A stretch of 64,000 nucleotides of DNA. Source: Candidatus Hodarchaeota archaeon (lineage in GTDB: Archaea; Asgardarchaeota; Lokiarchaeia; Sigyniarchaeales; SOKP01). The stretch covers positions 171,895 to 235,894 of the forward strand of contig JBHLJY010000004.1 in the NCBI GenBank assembly GCA_048887225.1. Direction: 5' to 3'. Numbering within the stretch: position 1 is the stretch's first letter; every line of letters starts with the position of its first letter. Positions 10,605 to 20,505 of the stretch are shown one piece after another. The notes below the pieces were generated by a model. The model saw nothing but the letters and a program-made list of their open reading frames with translations. It was not told where the DNA came from and ran no database searches. The position numbers and the translations under genes were made by a program.

Positions 10605-11795
10605 ATGAGCATCTATTTAGATTATCAGGCTGCGAAACCCATAGATGATAGAGTTTTATCAGAGATGTTACCGTATTTTAAACAAAAATTCGCAAATCCT
10701 TCTTCTTTACACAATGATGGTGATATTGCAACCGATATTTTAGATATATCACGTAAAAAGGTTGCTAAATTTATTAATGCACCGAACGCATCTGATATCA
10801 TTTTTACTGCGAGTGCCACAGAATCAAATAATCTAGCTCTTATCGGTGCTTCAATGAATCGGAAAAACAAAGGAAATCATATCATTATTTCTGAAACTGA
10901 GCATATTTCAATATTGAACTTAGCAAAATATTTAGAAAGACAAGGATTTGAAATTAGTAGAGTTCCTGTGGATCAATATGGAATCATAAGACTTGATAAA
11001 TTAGAACGCTTAATTAAAGATAAAACCATTTTAATATCAATCGCTTCGGCTAGCAACGAAGTAGGTTCTCTTCAACCATTAAAAGAAATAAGTGAAATCG
11101 CTTCTGATAAAAAAATTTTATTTCATACTGACGCCGTAGCTAGCGAATCTACTATTCCGATTGATGTTCAGAGGATTCCAATTGATTTAATTACATTATC
11201 TTCAAATGACATTTACGGCCCTAGAGGTGTAGGTGCCCTATACTTGAAAAAAGGAGTTCGAGTAAATCCAGTAATAATAGGTGGAGGTCAAGAAAGGGGT
11301 ATTAGATCAGGTTCTGAAAATATACCAGGAATAGTAGGTTTTGCTAAAGCAGCTGAGATTATGATGGAGGAAATGGAGATTGAGGCAGAACGCCTTAAAA
11401 AATTGAGAGACAAAATTATAAAAGAAATATTAGAAACGATTCCAAAATCTTATTTAAATGGACATCCCGAAAAAAGACTTCCAAATAACGTACATTTTAG
11501 ATTTGATTATATTGAGGGAGAGTCCTTAATACTCGGTTTAAAAGACGAAAATATTGCGGCTGCGACAGGTTCTGCGTGTACTTCAAAAACATTAGAACCT
11601 TCTCACACATTAATAGCAATGGGTTTGTTGCATAAAGAAGCTCACGGAAGTTTATTACTTTCATTGGGACGATTCACAAAAAACTCAGATGTCAATAAAG
11701 TCATAGAAGTTTTACCTGGAGTTGTCAAAAGATTAAGGATTATATCACCACTAACACCTCCTGATTTATTAGAACAATATAATGAGGTGAAATAA
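10605..11795 (+). CDS. iscS: IscS/NifS-like protein with Asp at the PLP-lysine position
   Basis: YLDYQA, FANPSSLH, ATESNN, HTDA, SSNDIYGP (normally SxHKxxGP), GSACTS. Confidence 0.9.
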   Translation: MSIYLDYQAAKPIDDRVLSEMLPYFKQKFANPSSLHNDGDIATDILDISRKKVAKFINAPNASDIIFTASATESNNLALIGASMNRKNKGNHIIISETEHISILNLAKYLERQGFEISRVPVDQYGIIRLDKLERLIKDKTILISIASASNEVGSLQPLKEISEIASDKKILFHTDAVASESTIPIDVQRIPIDLITLSSNDIYGPRGVGALYLKKGVRVNPVIIGGGQERGIRSGSENIPGIVGFAKAAEIMMEEMEIEAERLKKLRDKIIKEILETIPKSYLNGHPEKRLPNNVHFRFDYIEGESLILGLKDENIAAATGSACTSKTLEPSHTLIAMGLLHKEAHGSLLLSLGRFTKNSDVNKVIEVLPGVVKRLRIISPLTPPDLLEQYNEVK

Positions 11796-11800
11796 TATCA

Positions 11801-12604
11801 ATGAAATCTACAAATTATAGTGAAAAAGTTCTGGATCATTTTAGAAATCCTAGAAATATGGGTGAAATTGAAAATCCAGATGGTTTCGGTCGCGTTGGAA
11901 ATCCTGTTTGCGGTGATCTAATGTTTATGTATATAAAAGTAGGAAAAAATGAGAATGATGAAGAAATTATTGATGAGATCAAATTTAAAACATTTGGATG
12001 TGGTTCAGCAGTGGCAACATCATCAATGATTACTGAGATGGCAAAAGGTAAAACACTTGATGAGGCTTTTAAAATAACAAGACAGGATGTGGCAGATGAA
12101 CTAGAAGGCCTGCCACCTATCAAAATGCATTGTTCCAATTTAGCTGCTGATGCATTACAGGCTGCCATCCGAAATTATCGTGAAGGGACAGAACCAGAGG
12201 TTAGTGTAGCAACATCATGTCAAATAGAGATAGAAGTTATTCTCGGATTTGATAAATTTTTAGGAAAAGGAGTTTATAAACAAAAACCTGATAATTTGGA
12301 AGAATTAAGAGATAAAAGAATATTAATCATAGATTCTGGTGATGATTCTTTAGAACTTGCTATGAACTTAAGTAAATATACAGGAAGAGTTATCCTGGTT
12401 ACTTCTTCTAAAGAGGTTCCTGGAAGAGATCAGTTGGCGAAAGATATAAAAAAGTCCGATGTAAAAATATTGTTTCAATCTGAGCTGATTGAAATTAAAG
12501 GAGAGTTAGATGAGGTCGAAAAAGTAGTAATTCATGATTTTGATGAGGATGAGAATTATGAATTATTCGTGGATGTTGTAATCCATTTAGATTATAGAGG
12601 TTAG
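11801..12604 (+). CDS. iscU: IscU/NifU scaffold fused to a thioredoxin-reductase-like nucleotide-binding domain
   Basis: YSEKVLDHFRNPRNMG, CGD, FGCGSA, LPPIKMHC; C-terminal GKGV...DKRILIIDSGDDSLELA. Confidence 0.85.
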   Translation: MKSTNYSEKVLDHFRNPRNMGEIENPDGFGRVGNPVCGDLMFMYIKVGKNENDEEIIDEIKFKTFGCGSAVATSSMITEMAKGKTLDEAFKITRQDVADELEGLPPIKMHCSNLAADALQAAIRNYREGTEPEVSVATSCQIEIEVILGFDKFLGKGVYKQKPDNLEELRDKRILIIDSGDDSLELAMNLSKYTGRVILVTSSKEVPGRDQLAKDIKKSDVKILFQSELIEIKGELDEVEKVVIHDFDEDENYELFVDVVIHLDYRG

Positions 12605-12740
12605 GCGTCCAAATTTTCTTTTTTTATATTTCAATTAGACCTATAACTTTTTTTATTAAAAGTCTATATTTAACCTTTAATTTACAAATAATTAATCACT
12701 CTATTTTATATAATTAATAATTATTCATTAGGATGAAATT

Positions 12741-15116
12741 ATGAGTAAAGTACTAATTGTAGGTGGAGTAGCCGGGGGGGCATCTGCTGCAGCCCGCCTT
12801 CGAAGAATGAAGGAGGATTTCGAGATAATTGTATTGGATAAGGGACCTTATGTTTCTTTCGCCAATTGTGGTTTACCTTATTATGTTGGAGATGTAATAA
12901 AGGAACGGAAATCTTTAGAATTAGTTTCACCTCGTCTTTTTAAATTATGGTTTAAAATTGATGTAAGGGTAAATAATGAAGTATTATCAATCGAACGAGA
13001 GAAAAAGAGAGTAAAAGTAAGAGATTTAATAAAGTCAGAGGATTACACATTAGAATATGACTATCTTTTATTAGCTACAGGATCAACTCCAAATATTCCT
13101 CCTTTTCAGGGGCTTGATTCTGTTCCATATCATTCAATTTGGACAATCCCCGATGCAGTAAAAATAAGAGATTTTATTGATAAATATAAAATAAATAAAG
13201 CAGTGATTGTTGGAGGAGGATTCATAGGATTAGAAATGGCAGAAAATTTAGCTAAGAAAGGGATAAAAGTAAAAATAGTGGAAATGTTTGACCAAGTAAT
13301 GCCTCCAATTGACAAGGAAATGGCTCAATTTATTCATCAAGAATTAATTTTAAATGGTGTGTGCTTAGTTTTAGAAGATCCAGTTGATTCCTTTGGACGA
13401 TCGGATAATGATAAACCGTTTGTAAAAACAAAAGGCGGTCGTATAATTGAAACAGATCTGATTATTTTATCTATTGGGATAAGGCCTCAAAGCAAATTGG
13501 CTAAATTAGCAGGACTCGAATTGAGTCAGGGAGGATATATTATTGTCAATGATGAGATGCGGACATCTGATCCTAATATTTATGCTGTTGGAGATGTCGT
13601 TCAAGTTCTCCATTATCAAACCAAGGAACCAATTTCGATAGCTTTAGCTGGACCTGCAAATAAACAAGGAAGAATTGCAGCAGATAATATTTCAGGAAGA
13701 AAAATGCAATATAAGGGGATTTTAGGCGCTTCAGTAGTAAAAGTTTTTGATTTAACTATAGCTTCTGTAGGACTTACAGAGAAACAACTTAAAAACATTG
13801 ACATTAAGTATGAAAAAGTATATGTCCATCCAAATAATCATGCTGGTTATTATCCGGGAGCCACACCACTCGCTATTAAATTAATTTTCGAGGTGCCATC
13901 TGGAAAAGTTCTTGGGGCTCAAATTGTAGGCGGAATGGGAACCGATAAAAGAACTGATGTTATTTCAACGATTATAAAAATGAATGGTAGTGTTTTTGAT
14001 TTAGAGGAACTCGAACTTACTTATGCTCCTCCTTATAGTTCTGCTAAAGATCCAGTCAATATGGCGGGTTTTGTAGCATCTAATTTTTTAAGAGGAGATA
14101 TTTCAATTAAACAATGGCATGACATTGATAAGTTTAAAGAAAATGAGGGATTCATTTTAGATGTTAGAACAACTGCTGAATATGAGGCGAGTAGGATTGA
14201 AGGCTCAACTAACATCCCCTTGCATGAGTTAAGAACAAGATTAAATGATTTACCAAGTAAAAAACCTATAATAGTATACTGTGAAGTCGGCTATAGAAGC
14301 TATTTAGCAACTCGAATACTATTACAGTCTGGTTTTAAAGAAGTTTATGAACTAACTGGAGGTTTTAATTTATATGAGATGGCTAATGCTAAAACAGAGG
14401 ATATTATTGCTGCATGTGGTGGTTCTGCACCTATTATGGAGGAATATATTAAACAGAAATCTACTGAGAGTGATAAATACATAATAGTTGATTGTAGCGG
14501 TTTAGCATGCCCAGGACCTTTAAATGCAATGATAAAATCTCTTGAAACCTTGCCTCAGAATAAGAAGTTAAAGGTCTATGCAACAGATCCAGGATATAAA
14601 TCAAGTGTCGAGGCCTATGCGAAATTGAATGAAGCAGTTCAATTAATATATTTAGGAAAAGAAGAAGGTAAATTAGTTGCTACACTAGAAAAAGGAACAA
14701 CACCATTCATTGAAGTTGAAGTACCAACTAAGGTAAGAAAAAAGTCTAGAAAAGAAATACGGGGTCCAAATGCACCTGCTTTATCGGATATCTCACCAGA
14801 GGAACTATACGAAAGAGTTGATTCAGATGATCCACCTGCGATCCTTATCGACGTACGCACACCTGAAGAATATTATGGCCCTCATGGACGTATAAAAAGT
14901 GCTAAATTAATCCCTTTAGGTGAATTAATGAATAATATAGATCAATTAGGGGATTTTAAAGAAGAAGAAATAGTGACAATTTGTCATAGTGGCGCACGCT
15001 CGATGATGGCAGCACAATTTTTAGCGCAAGCAGGATTCAAGGATATTAGAAACCTTACGGGAGGAATGATGATGTGGCATAGAAAAAATTTTCCAGTTGC
15101 GAGAGGGAAACATTAA
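12741..15116 (+). CDS. CoA-disulfide/persulfide reductase fused to rhodanese, TusA and a second rhodanese domain
   Basis: GGVAGG, SFANCGLPY, YAPPYS; rhodanese CEVGYR; TusA CSGLACPGP; rhodanese CHSGAR. Confidence 0.9.
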   Translation: MSKVLIVGGVAGGASAAARLRRMKEDFEIIVLDKGPYVSFANCGLPYYVGDVIKERKSLELVSPRLFKLWFKIDVRVNNEVLSIEREKKRVKVRDLIKSEDYTLEYDYLLLATGSTPNIPPFQGLDSVPYHSIWTIPDAVKIRDFIDKYKINKAVIVGGGFIGLEMAENLAKKGIKVKIVEMFDQVMPPIDKEMAQFIHQELILNGVCLVLEDPVDSFGRSDNDKPFVKTKGGRIIETDLIILSIGIRPQSKLAKLAGLELSQGGYIIVNDEMRTSDPNIYAVGDVVQVLHYQTKEPISIALAGPANKQGRIAADNISGRKMQYKGILGASVVKVFDLTIASVGLTEKQLKNIDIKYEKVYVHPNNHAGYYPGATPLAIKLIFEVPSGKVLGAQIVGGMGTDKRTDVISTIIKMNGSVFDLEELELTYAPPYSSAKDPVNMAGFVASNFLRGDISIKQWHDIDKFKENEGFILDVRTTAEYEASRIEGSTNIPLHELRTRLNDLPSKKPIIVYCEVGYRSYLATRILLQSGFKEVYELTGGFNLYEMANAKTEDIIAACGGSAPIMEEYIKQKSTESDKYIIVDCSGLACPGPLNAMIKSLETLPQNKKLKVYATDPGYKSSVEAYAKLNEAVQLIYLGKEEGKLVATLEKGTTPFIEVEVPTKVRKKSRKEIRGPNAPALSDISPEELYERVDSDDPPAILIDVRTPEEYYGPHGRIKSAKLIPLGELMNNIDQLGDFKEEEIVTICHSGARSMMAAQFLAQAGFKDIRNLTGGMMMWHRKNFPVARGKH

Positions 15117-15312
15117 TAAATCAGCAACATCGTATTGAAATCGAGATTAAAGAATTTTAAAAGATTGCATCATTTTTATAGCATTCATCAGATATATTTC
15201 ATATTTAGCTATTTCTGCAGTATATATTCTTATTTATATGGATTGTTTTTTACTAAATATAATGATATCTATTAATTTATTTTTTTAAAAAAAAAAGAAA
15301 AGTGATAAATTT

Positions 15313-16590
15313 ATGGAATTGAAAGAAGTATGGCTAATTGACTATGCTCGTACTGCTTTTTCTCGTTCTAGACCAAAACAACCTGAAAGAGATGTTTTTG
15401 GTGAAATAAGGGGCGATGAATTACTCGCAGAATTATTAATAAAATTTTTTGATCAGAAATTGGCAGATAAAGGATTAGAAAGAAGTGATATTGATGAAGT
15501 TTCTGTAGGTGTTGCTGCGGGTGTGCTTGAAAATTGGACTTATGGAGGTAGAATTCCTATCTTTTTGGCAGGTTTTCCAGTAGACGTTCCAGCTTTCTCA
15601 ATAGATCGACAATGTGGTTCGGCAGGATCTGGTATGCATGTAGGGATCATGGAGATTATGACAGGTAATAGTAAATGTATATTAGCAACGGGTTTTGAGC
15701 ATATGACGCGTGTTCGAGGCAGGGGTGCAACTCCCAACTTAAAATTAATGGATAAGAAAAGCAAATATTATCGTCCTGCATTAGATATGCCTACATCATT
15801 TAATATGCTTCAAACAGCTCAAAAATTATATGAAGAAGAAGTACCAAAATTTATTAAAGAAGATTTAGATAAGTTTGGTGTGCGAAGTCACAATTTAACA
15901 ATCAAAAATCATGAGGCAGGATGGTTTAAAGGCGAAATACTTCCTATTGAAGGGCATATGGAAGGAAATATTGAAGTCCCAATGATGGTTGATAGAGACA
16001 TGAACGCTAGAAAATCAAATTTAGAAACAGTTTCGAAACTTCCCAGATTATCTAAACCGTTCTATCTAAAGAAAAATGGAGGTAAAAAAGGTTATATTGA
16101 AAGGGAAGGTACTGCAGAAGGAGTTATAACTGTTGGGAACTCATCCCCTTTAAATGCTGGCGCTACGGCCGCTATTCTTATGGAGGCTGAAGAAGCAAAA
16201 AAAAGAGGAATTGAACCGATGGCTAGAATTCTATCAATTGGATGGGCAGGTGTTCATCCAGCTACGATGGGTCGTGGACCTGTTCCCGCAACTCGTAAGG
16301 CTTTAGAATACGCAAATTTAATTGCTGAAGATATTGAATTTTGGGAAATTAATGAAGCATTTTGTATCGTTGCATTGAATTGCATGGATAAGTTTGGTAT
16401 TCCCGAAAAAAAAATTAATGTTATGGGGGGTTCGACTGCGATCGGTCATCCGTTAGGATCAACTATGATTCGGCTTACAGGAACTTTAGCGAGAATTCTC
16501 AAGAATAAAAAAGCTAAATATGGTGTTGCTAATGCTTGTGTCGGTGGTGGTCAAGGAGTTGCTACAATAATAGAAAATCTTGATGCATAA
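15313..16590 (+). CDS. Acetyl-CoA C-acyltransferase (thiolase)
   Basis: DRQCGSA, EINEAF, GHPLG, CVGGGQG. Confidence 0.95.
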   Translation: MELKEVWLIDYARTAFSRSRPKQPERDVFGEIRGDELLAELLIKFFDQKLADKGLERSDIDEVSVGVAAGVLENWTYGGRIPIFLAGFPVDVPAFSIDRQCGSAGSGMHVGIMEIMTGNSKCILATGFEHMTRVRGRGATPNLKLMDKKSKYYRPALDMPTSFNMLQTAQKLYEEEVPKFIKEDLDKFGVRSHNLTIKNHEAGWFKGEILPIEGHMEGNIEVPMMVDRDMNARKSNLETVSKLPRLSKPFYLKKNGGKKGYIEREGTAEGVITVGNSSPLNAGATAAILMEAEEAKKRGIEPMARILSIGWAGVHPATMGRGPVPATRKALEYANLIAEDIEFWEINEAFCIVALNCMDKFGIPEKKINVMGGSTAIGHPLGSTMIRLTGTLARILKNKKAKYGVANACVGGGQGVATIIENLDA

Positions 16591-16686
16591 CTCAATGTTA
16601 TGAAAAAATAAGCAATTATTTTATAAATTAATCACAAATTTAATGAGTTCATAAAAAATAAAAGATTTCAATTTTTTTCTTAACTA

Positions 16687-18138
16687 ATGGAGAAGATTGA
16701 GTTAGAAGAATTCAAAAAATTTGATACGCTTTTTAATCCAAAACATATTGCTTTTATTGGCGCTTCTGAGAGCTCAACTTTTGGTGCTATGCTCTATCTT
16801 AGGGCGTTTAAAAGATCAAAATGGTCTGAAACATTTTATCCTATTAATCCAAAACGAGAAGAAATTATGGGATGGAAATGTTATCCTTCAGTTCTGGAGG
16901 TTCCATATCCCATTGATACTGCTTATGTTTCTTTAAAGACACAATTCATTCCTCAAGTAATAAAAGAATGTGTAGAAAAGAAAATTCGTTGGGTAATTAT
17001 ATTTGCTTCAGGATTTTCTGAAACAGGAGATCCAGAAGGAAAAAAAATGGAACAAGAGCTCATAGAAATAATCAAAGATTCAGAAACAAGAATTATTGGA
17101 CCAAACTGTTTAGGTCCTTATTCTCCTGGAAATGGGATGATGTTCTCCTCATCTTTTGCCCGACCTGGGAGTTTAGGCTCCGTTTCTTTTATGTCGCAAA
17201 GCGGTGGGCATCTGACTCAACTTTTAGACGTTGGTTTTAAAAGAGATATTAGATTCAGATATGGCGTCTCATTTGGGAACCAGATTGATTTAAGTTGTTT
17301 AGATTTTTTAAGACATTTTCACAAAGATTCAAAGACTAAAGTGATTGCGGCTTATTTAGAATCCTTTGGGTCCGCCCACGGCTATGATTTCTTTTTAGAA
17401 CTTAAAAAAACAACTCGGATTAAACCAGTAATTATTTGGAAAGGTGGTTACACCGATGATGGTACTCGTGCAGCGTTTTCACATACAGGTGCTATGGCTT
17501 CAAACTTAAGCTTATGGAAAACAATGGCAAAACAAACTGGAACGATATTAGTTAAAGATAACGAGGAATGGTGGAATACAACGAAAACTTTTGAATTGCT
17601 TTTTCCTAAATATTTGCCTAAAGGAAGAAATGTGGCAATTATTACTCCTGGTGGAGGTAATAGTGTTAACGTAACTGATTTATTTGCAGCACATAATTTA
17701 AAAATCCCTGATTTAACAATTAACTCTCAAGAAAAGGTCTCTAAAATTTTACCAAATGTAAATGTCAATATCAAAAATCCAATAGATTTAGGTGCCTCTG
17801 GATTTGTAATAGATCTTTTTGTCGAATGTATAGAGATCTGCTTGAACGATCCTAATATTGACATTGTGATTGTTCCATTTTGGCCCCATCATTTGTTTAA
17901 CTGGGTATTTAAAAGAATGCTTAAAATCCAGCAGAGGACTGAGAAACCAATAATCTTTTGTATACCCAGTGTTGCTGATTCTATAGACATAGCGAAAAAA
18001 TTCAATCGTGTGCAAAAAATTCTCAACAAGAAAAGGGCGCTTTATTTCTTATCGTTTAGAGACGCTGCGAATAGCATCTCATTGTTTTGCGATTATGCCG
18101 ATTATCTAAGATCTCGTAAAATTGAAATTAAGAGATAA
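16687..18138 (+). CDS. Acyl-CoA synthetase (NDP-forming) alpha-like subunit
   Basis: IGAS, SGFSETG, IIGPNCLG, SQSGG, SHTGA, NPIDL. Confidence 0.9.
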   Translation: MEKIELEEFKKFDTLFNPKHIAFIGASESSTFGAMLYLRAFKRSKWSETFYPINPKREEIMGWKCYPSVLEVPYPIDTAYVSLKTQFIPQVIKECVEKKIRWVIIFASGFSETGDPEGKKMEQELIEIIKDSETRIIGPNCLGPYSPGNGMMFSSSFARPGSLGSVSFMSQSGGHLTQLLDVGFKRDIRFRYGVSFGNQIDLSCLDFLRHFHKDSKTKVIAAYLESFGSAHGYDFFLELKKTTRIKPVIIWKGGYTDDGTRAAFSHTGAMASNLSLWKTMAKQTGTILVKDNEEWWNTTKTFELLFPKYLPKGRNVAIITPGGGNSVNVTDLFAAHNLKIPDLTINSQEKVSKILPNVNVNIKNPIDLGASGFVIDLFVECIEICLNDPNIDIVIVPFWPHHLFNWVFKRMLKIQQRTEKPIIFCIPSVADSIDIAKKFNRVQKILNKKRALYFLSFRDAANSISLFCDYADYLRSRKIEIKR

Positions 18139-18172
18139 TTATAAAAATTTATTTTTAAAGTTGAATTGTAAA

Positions 18173-18859
18173 ATGAAAAAAGAAGGAATTTTGAAAGGTG
18201 GAGATCGTAAAGAACATAATTGGAATAAAACAAAATTAGGAGAACCGTTCAAAAAGGCTTTAGACAGATTTCGTGAAGAAGTGCTTGAGCGAGAAGATTT
18301 CGATCCAACCTCGCTATTACAATTTGGATTATTTATGGCAAAGGCAGTTATTAATATATTAAAAGAAGCTGAAGCCGAATTTGGAGTAGAAGGCCAGAAA
18401 ATGGTTAATAACGCTTTGATTAAAACTGGGTACGATATGGGTAAACAAATATTAAAGGATATTGAAATACCACCAGAAATCTCAGACATAGAATTAATTA
18501 GTTTTTTAGCAACAATTATTAATACTCAGGCTTGGACATCGATTGAAGACCCTCGGATTGATAACGATGAACAATGCTCGTTCGATATTATTTGGTGTCC
18601 GCTTCAAGATGTTTACTCTGCCTTTGACTGTCGAGTTCAACGTTATTTAGTACAAGGAATTATTGATGCTTTTAGAGATTCTAATATTTTAGATTCTGAA
18701 TTTCAAATAGAATTCAAGAAAACTATCCCTGCTGGAGCAAATACATGCTTATTTGTCCTTAATAAAAAGAAACTAGGAGAACCAGATAAATGGGAAGCAT
18801 ACTCTAGGTTATTAGAAAAGAAAGCTCTGAATAGAATGAAAGAACGAAAAAAGAAATAA
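18173..18859 (+). CDS. ATC hydrolase / V4R-like ligand-binding protein
   Basis: WCP...C...KTIPAGANTC pattern; ATG 18173 preferred over the overlapping TTG. Confidence 0.55.
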   Translation: MKKEGILKGGDRKEHNWNKTKLGEPFKKALDRFREEVLEREDFDPTSLLQFGLFMAKAVINILKEAEAEFGVEGQKMVNNALIKTGYDMGKQILKDIEIPPEISDIELISFLATIINTQAWTSIEDPRIDNDEQCSFDIIWCPLQDVYSAFDCRVQRYLVQGIIDAFRDSNILDSEFQIEFKKTIPAGANTCLFVLNKKKLGEPDKWEAYSRLLEKKALNRMKERKKK

Positions 18860-18962
18860 TTATTTTTTTTTAACTTAAGTTATCATTTCATAAAAATGAA
18901 AGAAAAGCTTTATATTAGGAATCAGAAAATATTAAATTAAAACTTCTGAAAAAGGTTATATA

Positions 18963-20351
18963 ATGGTTGAAAATCATATTATTCCGAAATTTTCTACTTC
19001 TGATAAGTTTATATGGGGATTAGCTAGTTTTGGCACTTCTCTAATTGCTGGAGTATATGCTGCAATGTTAGTAATGTTCTTTCACGTATATCTCGAGTTG
19101 GATCCCGTTCTTATTGCCATTGCCGCAGTTTTATACGCCATATGGAACGCTGTAAACGATCCTCTTTTCGGATTTCTTTCTGATAAAACAAAAGGAAAGA
19201 GAGGACGCCGCATTCCTTATATGCAATTTACTGCTCCTTTTTTGGCTTTGTTTTTTACCGTGATTTGGTTCGTTCCACCAAAATGGGACGATTTTGGTAT
19301 TTTTTGGTGGATGCTAATTACGATGTTATTATACGATACTGCTTATACGATTATAGGTTTAGTCTACTCAGCTTTACTTCCTGAGATTACCGAAGATGAT
19401 AGTGAACGAGGAGAACTTCAAAAATATAATTCTTTATTCTATTTGTTTGGGGCGATGTTTGGATTTCTTATACCTGATTTACTCCGGCCAAAGGCAGGTG
19501 AAACTAATTTATTTCCACTCTACATAGGAATGATTGTAGTAGGTATTGCCTCCGCTATATGTGTTGTAGTTACCTCCTTAAGATTTAAGGAGCGTCCCGA
19601 ATTTACACAAATAGACGAACCACTTGGTCTTGTCGATTCGGTTAAATATACCTTTAAAAGTAAAGCTTTTTTAATATTAACCGCTGCCAATTTTATGTCG
19701 ATTCTTTTTCAGCAAATCCTTTTGTCTTACTTGTTTTATTTAGCGGATTACGTCATGCGGGTATCGACAGTTATTTTAATTTTGTCAATATTTCTAGGTT
19801 TAATCATTGGTGTGTTTTTTGCAAATGTATTTGCTAATAAATTTGGTGTTGTTAAAGCAAATCAAATTCTTTTAATAATTGGAGCTATACCATTGATAAT
19901 GCTGCCATTTATCCCTCTAATACTTATATATTTATGTTTATTTCTTGGTGGATTTGGCTTATCTGGACCGTTAGTTTTAACAAACGTACTTTATGCTCAA
20001 GTGGCTGATGAGGACGAGACAAAATCAGGTGTTAGGAGGGAAGCATCGTTTTTTGGAACAAACGCAATGATTACCAAACCTGCTCAATCTATTGCTATTG
20101 CAATAGGGCCTTTATTATTAGCATTAGCTAGCTTTGAAACAGGAGGAAAAATAATTTTAGATCAACCCGAGTCGGCTTTATTCATGATTAAAGTATTAGT
20201 AGGACTTATACCTGGAATCGCAATGGTAATTGGTGCATTAATCCTGTTATTTTATCCGCTTAAAGGCAAATATTTAAAAGAAATTCAAGAAAAAGTTTTA
20301 GAAATGCATGTGGATAAACAACAAAAATTAGCAAAAAAACAAATTGGGTAA
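18963..20351 (+). CDS. MFS transporter, GPH (MelB-like) family
   Basis: WNAVNDPLFGFLSD, RGRRIP, DEDETKSGVRREA. Confidence 0.9.
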   Translation: MVENHIIPKFSTSDKFIWGLASFGTSLIAGVYAAMLVMFFHVYLELDPVLIAIAAVLYAIWNAVNDPLFGFLSDKTKGKRGRRIPYMQFTAPFLALFFTVIWFVPPKWDDFGIFWWMLITMLLYDTAYTIIGLVYSALLPEITEDDSERGELQKYNSLFYLFGAMFGFLIPDLLRPKAGETNLFPLYIGMIVVGIASAICVVVTSLRFKERPEFTQIDEPLGLVDSVKYTFKSKAFLILTAANFMSILFQQILLSYLFYLADYVMRVSTVILILSIFLGLIIGVFFANVFANKFGVVKANQILLIIGAIPLIMLPFIPLILIYLCLFLGGFGLSGPLVLTNVLYAQVADEDETKSGVRREASFFGTNAMITKPAQSIAIAIGPLLLALASFETGGKIILDQPESALFMIKVLVGLIPGIAMVIGALILLFYPLKGKYLKEIQEKVLEMHVDKQQKLAKKQIG

Positions 20352-20505
20352 TTAAATATAAAAGTTTATTACTTTTTTTCTTTTTCATTAGCTCAAATTT
20401 ATTCTCGAATTGATTTCCTAAATAAAAAGAACTTAAAATAATTAATCAGAAAAATTTTAAATTAGATCAGAATTACTAATTTAAATTTAATAATAGTGAT
20501 ATATT

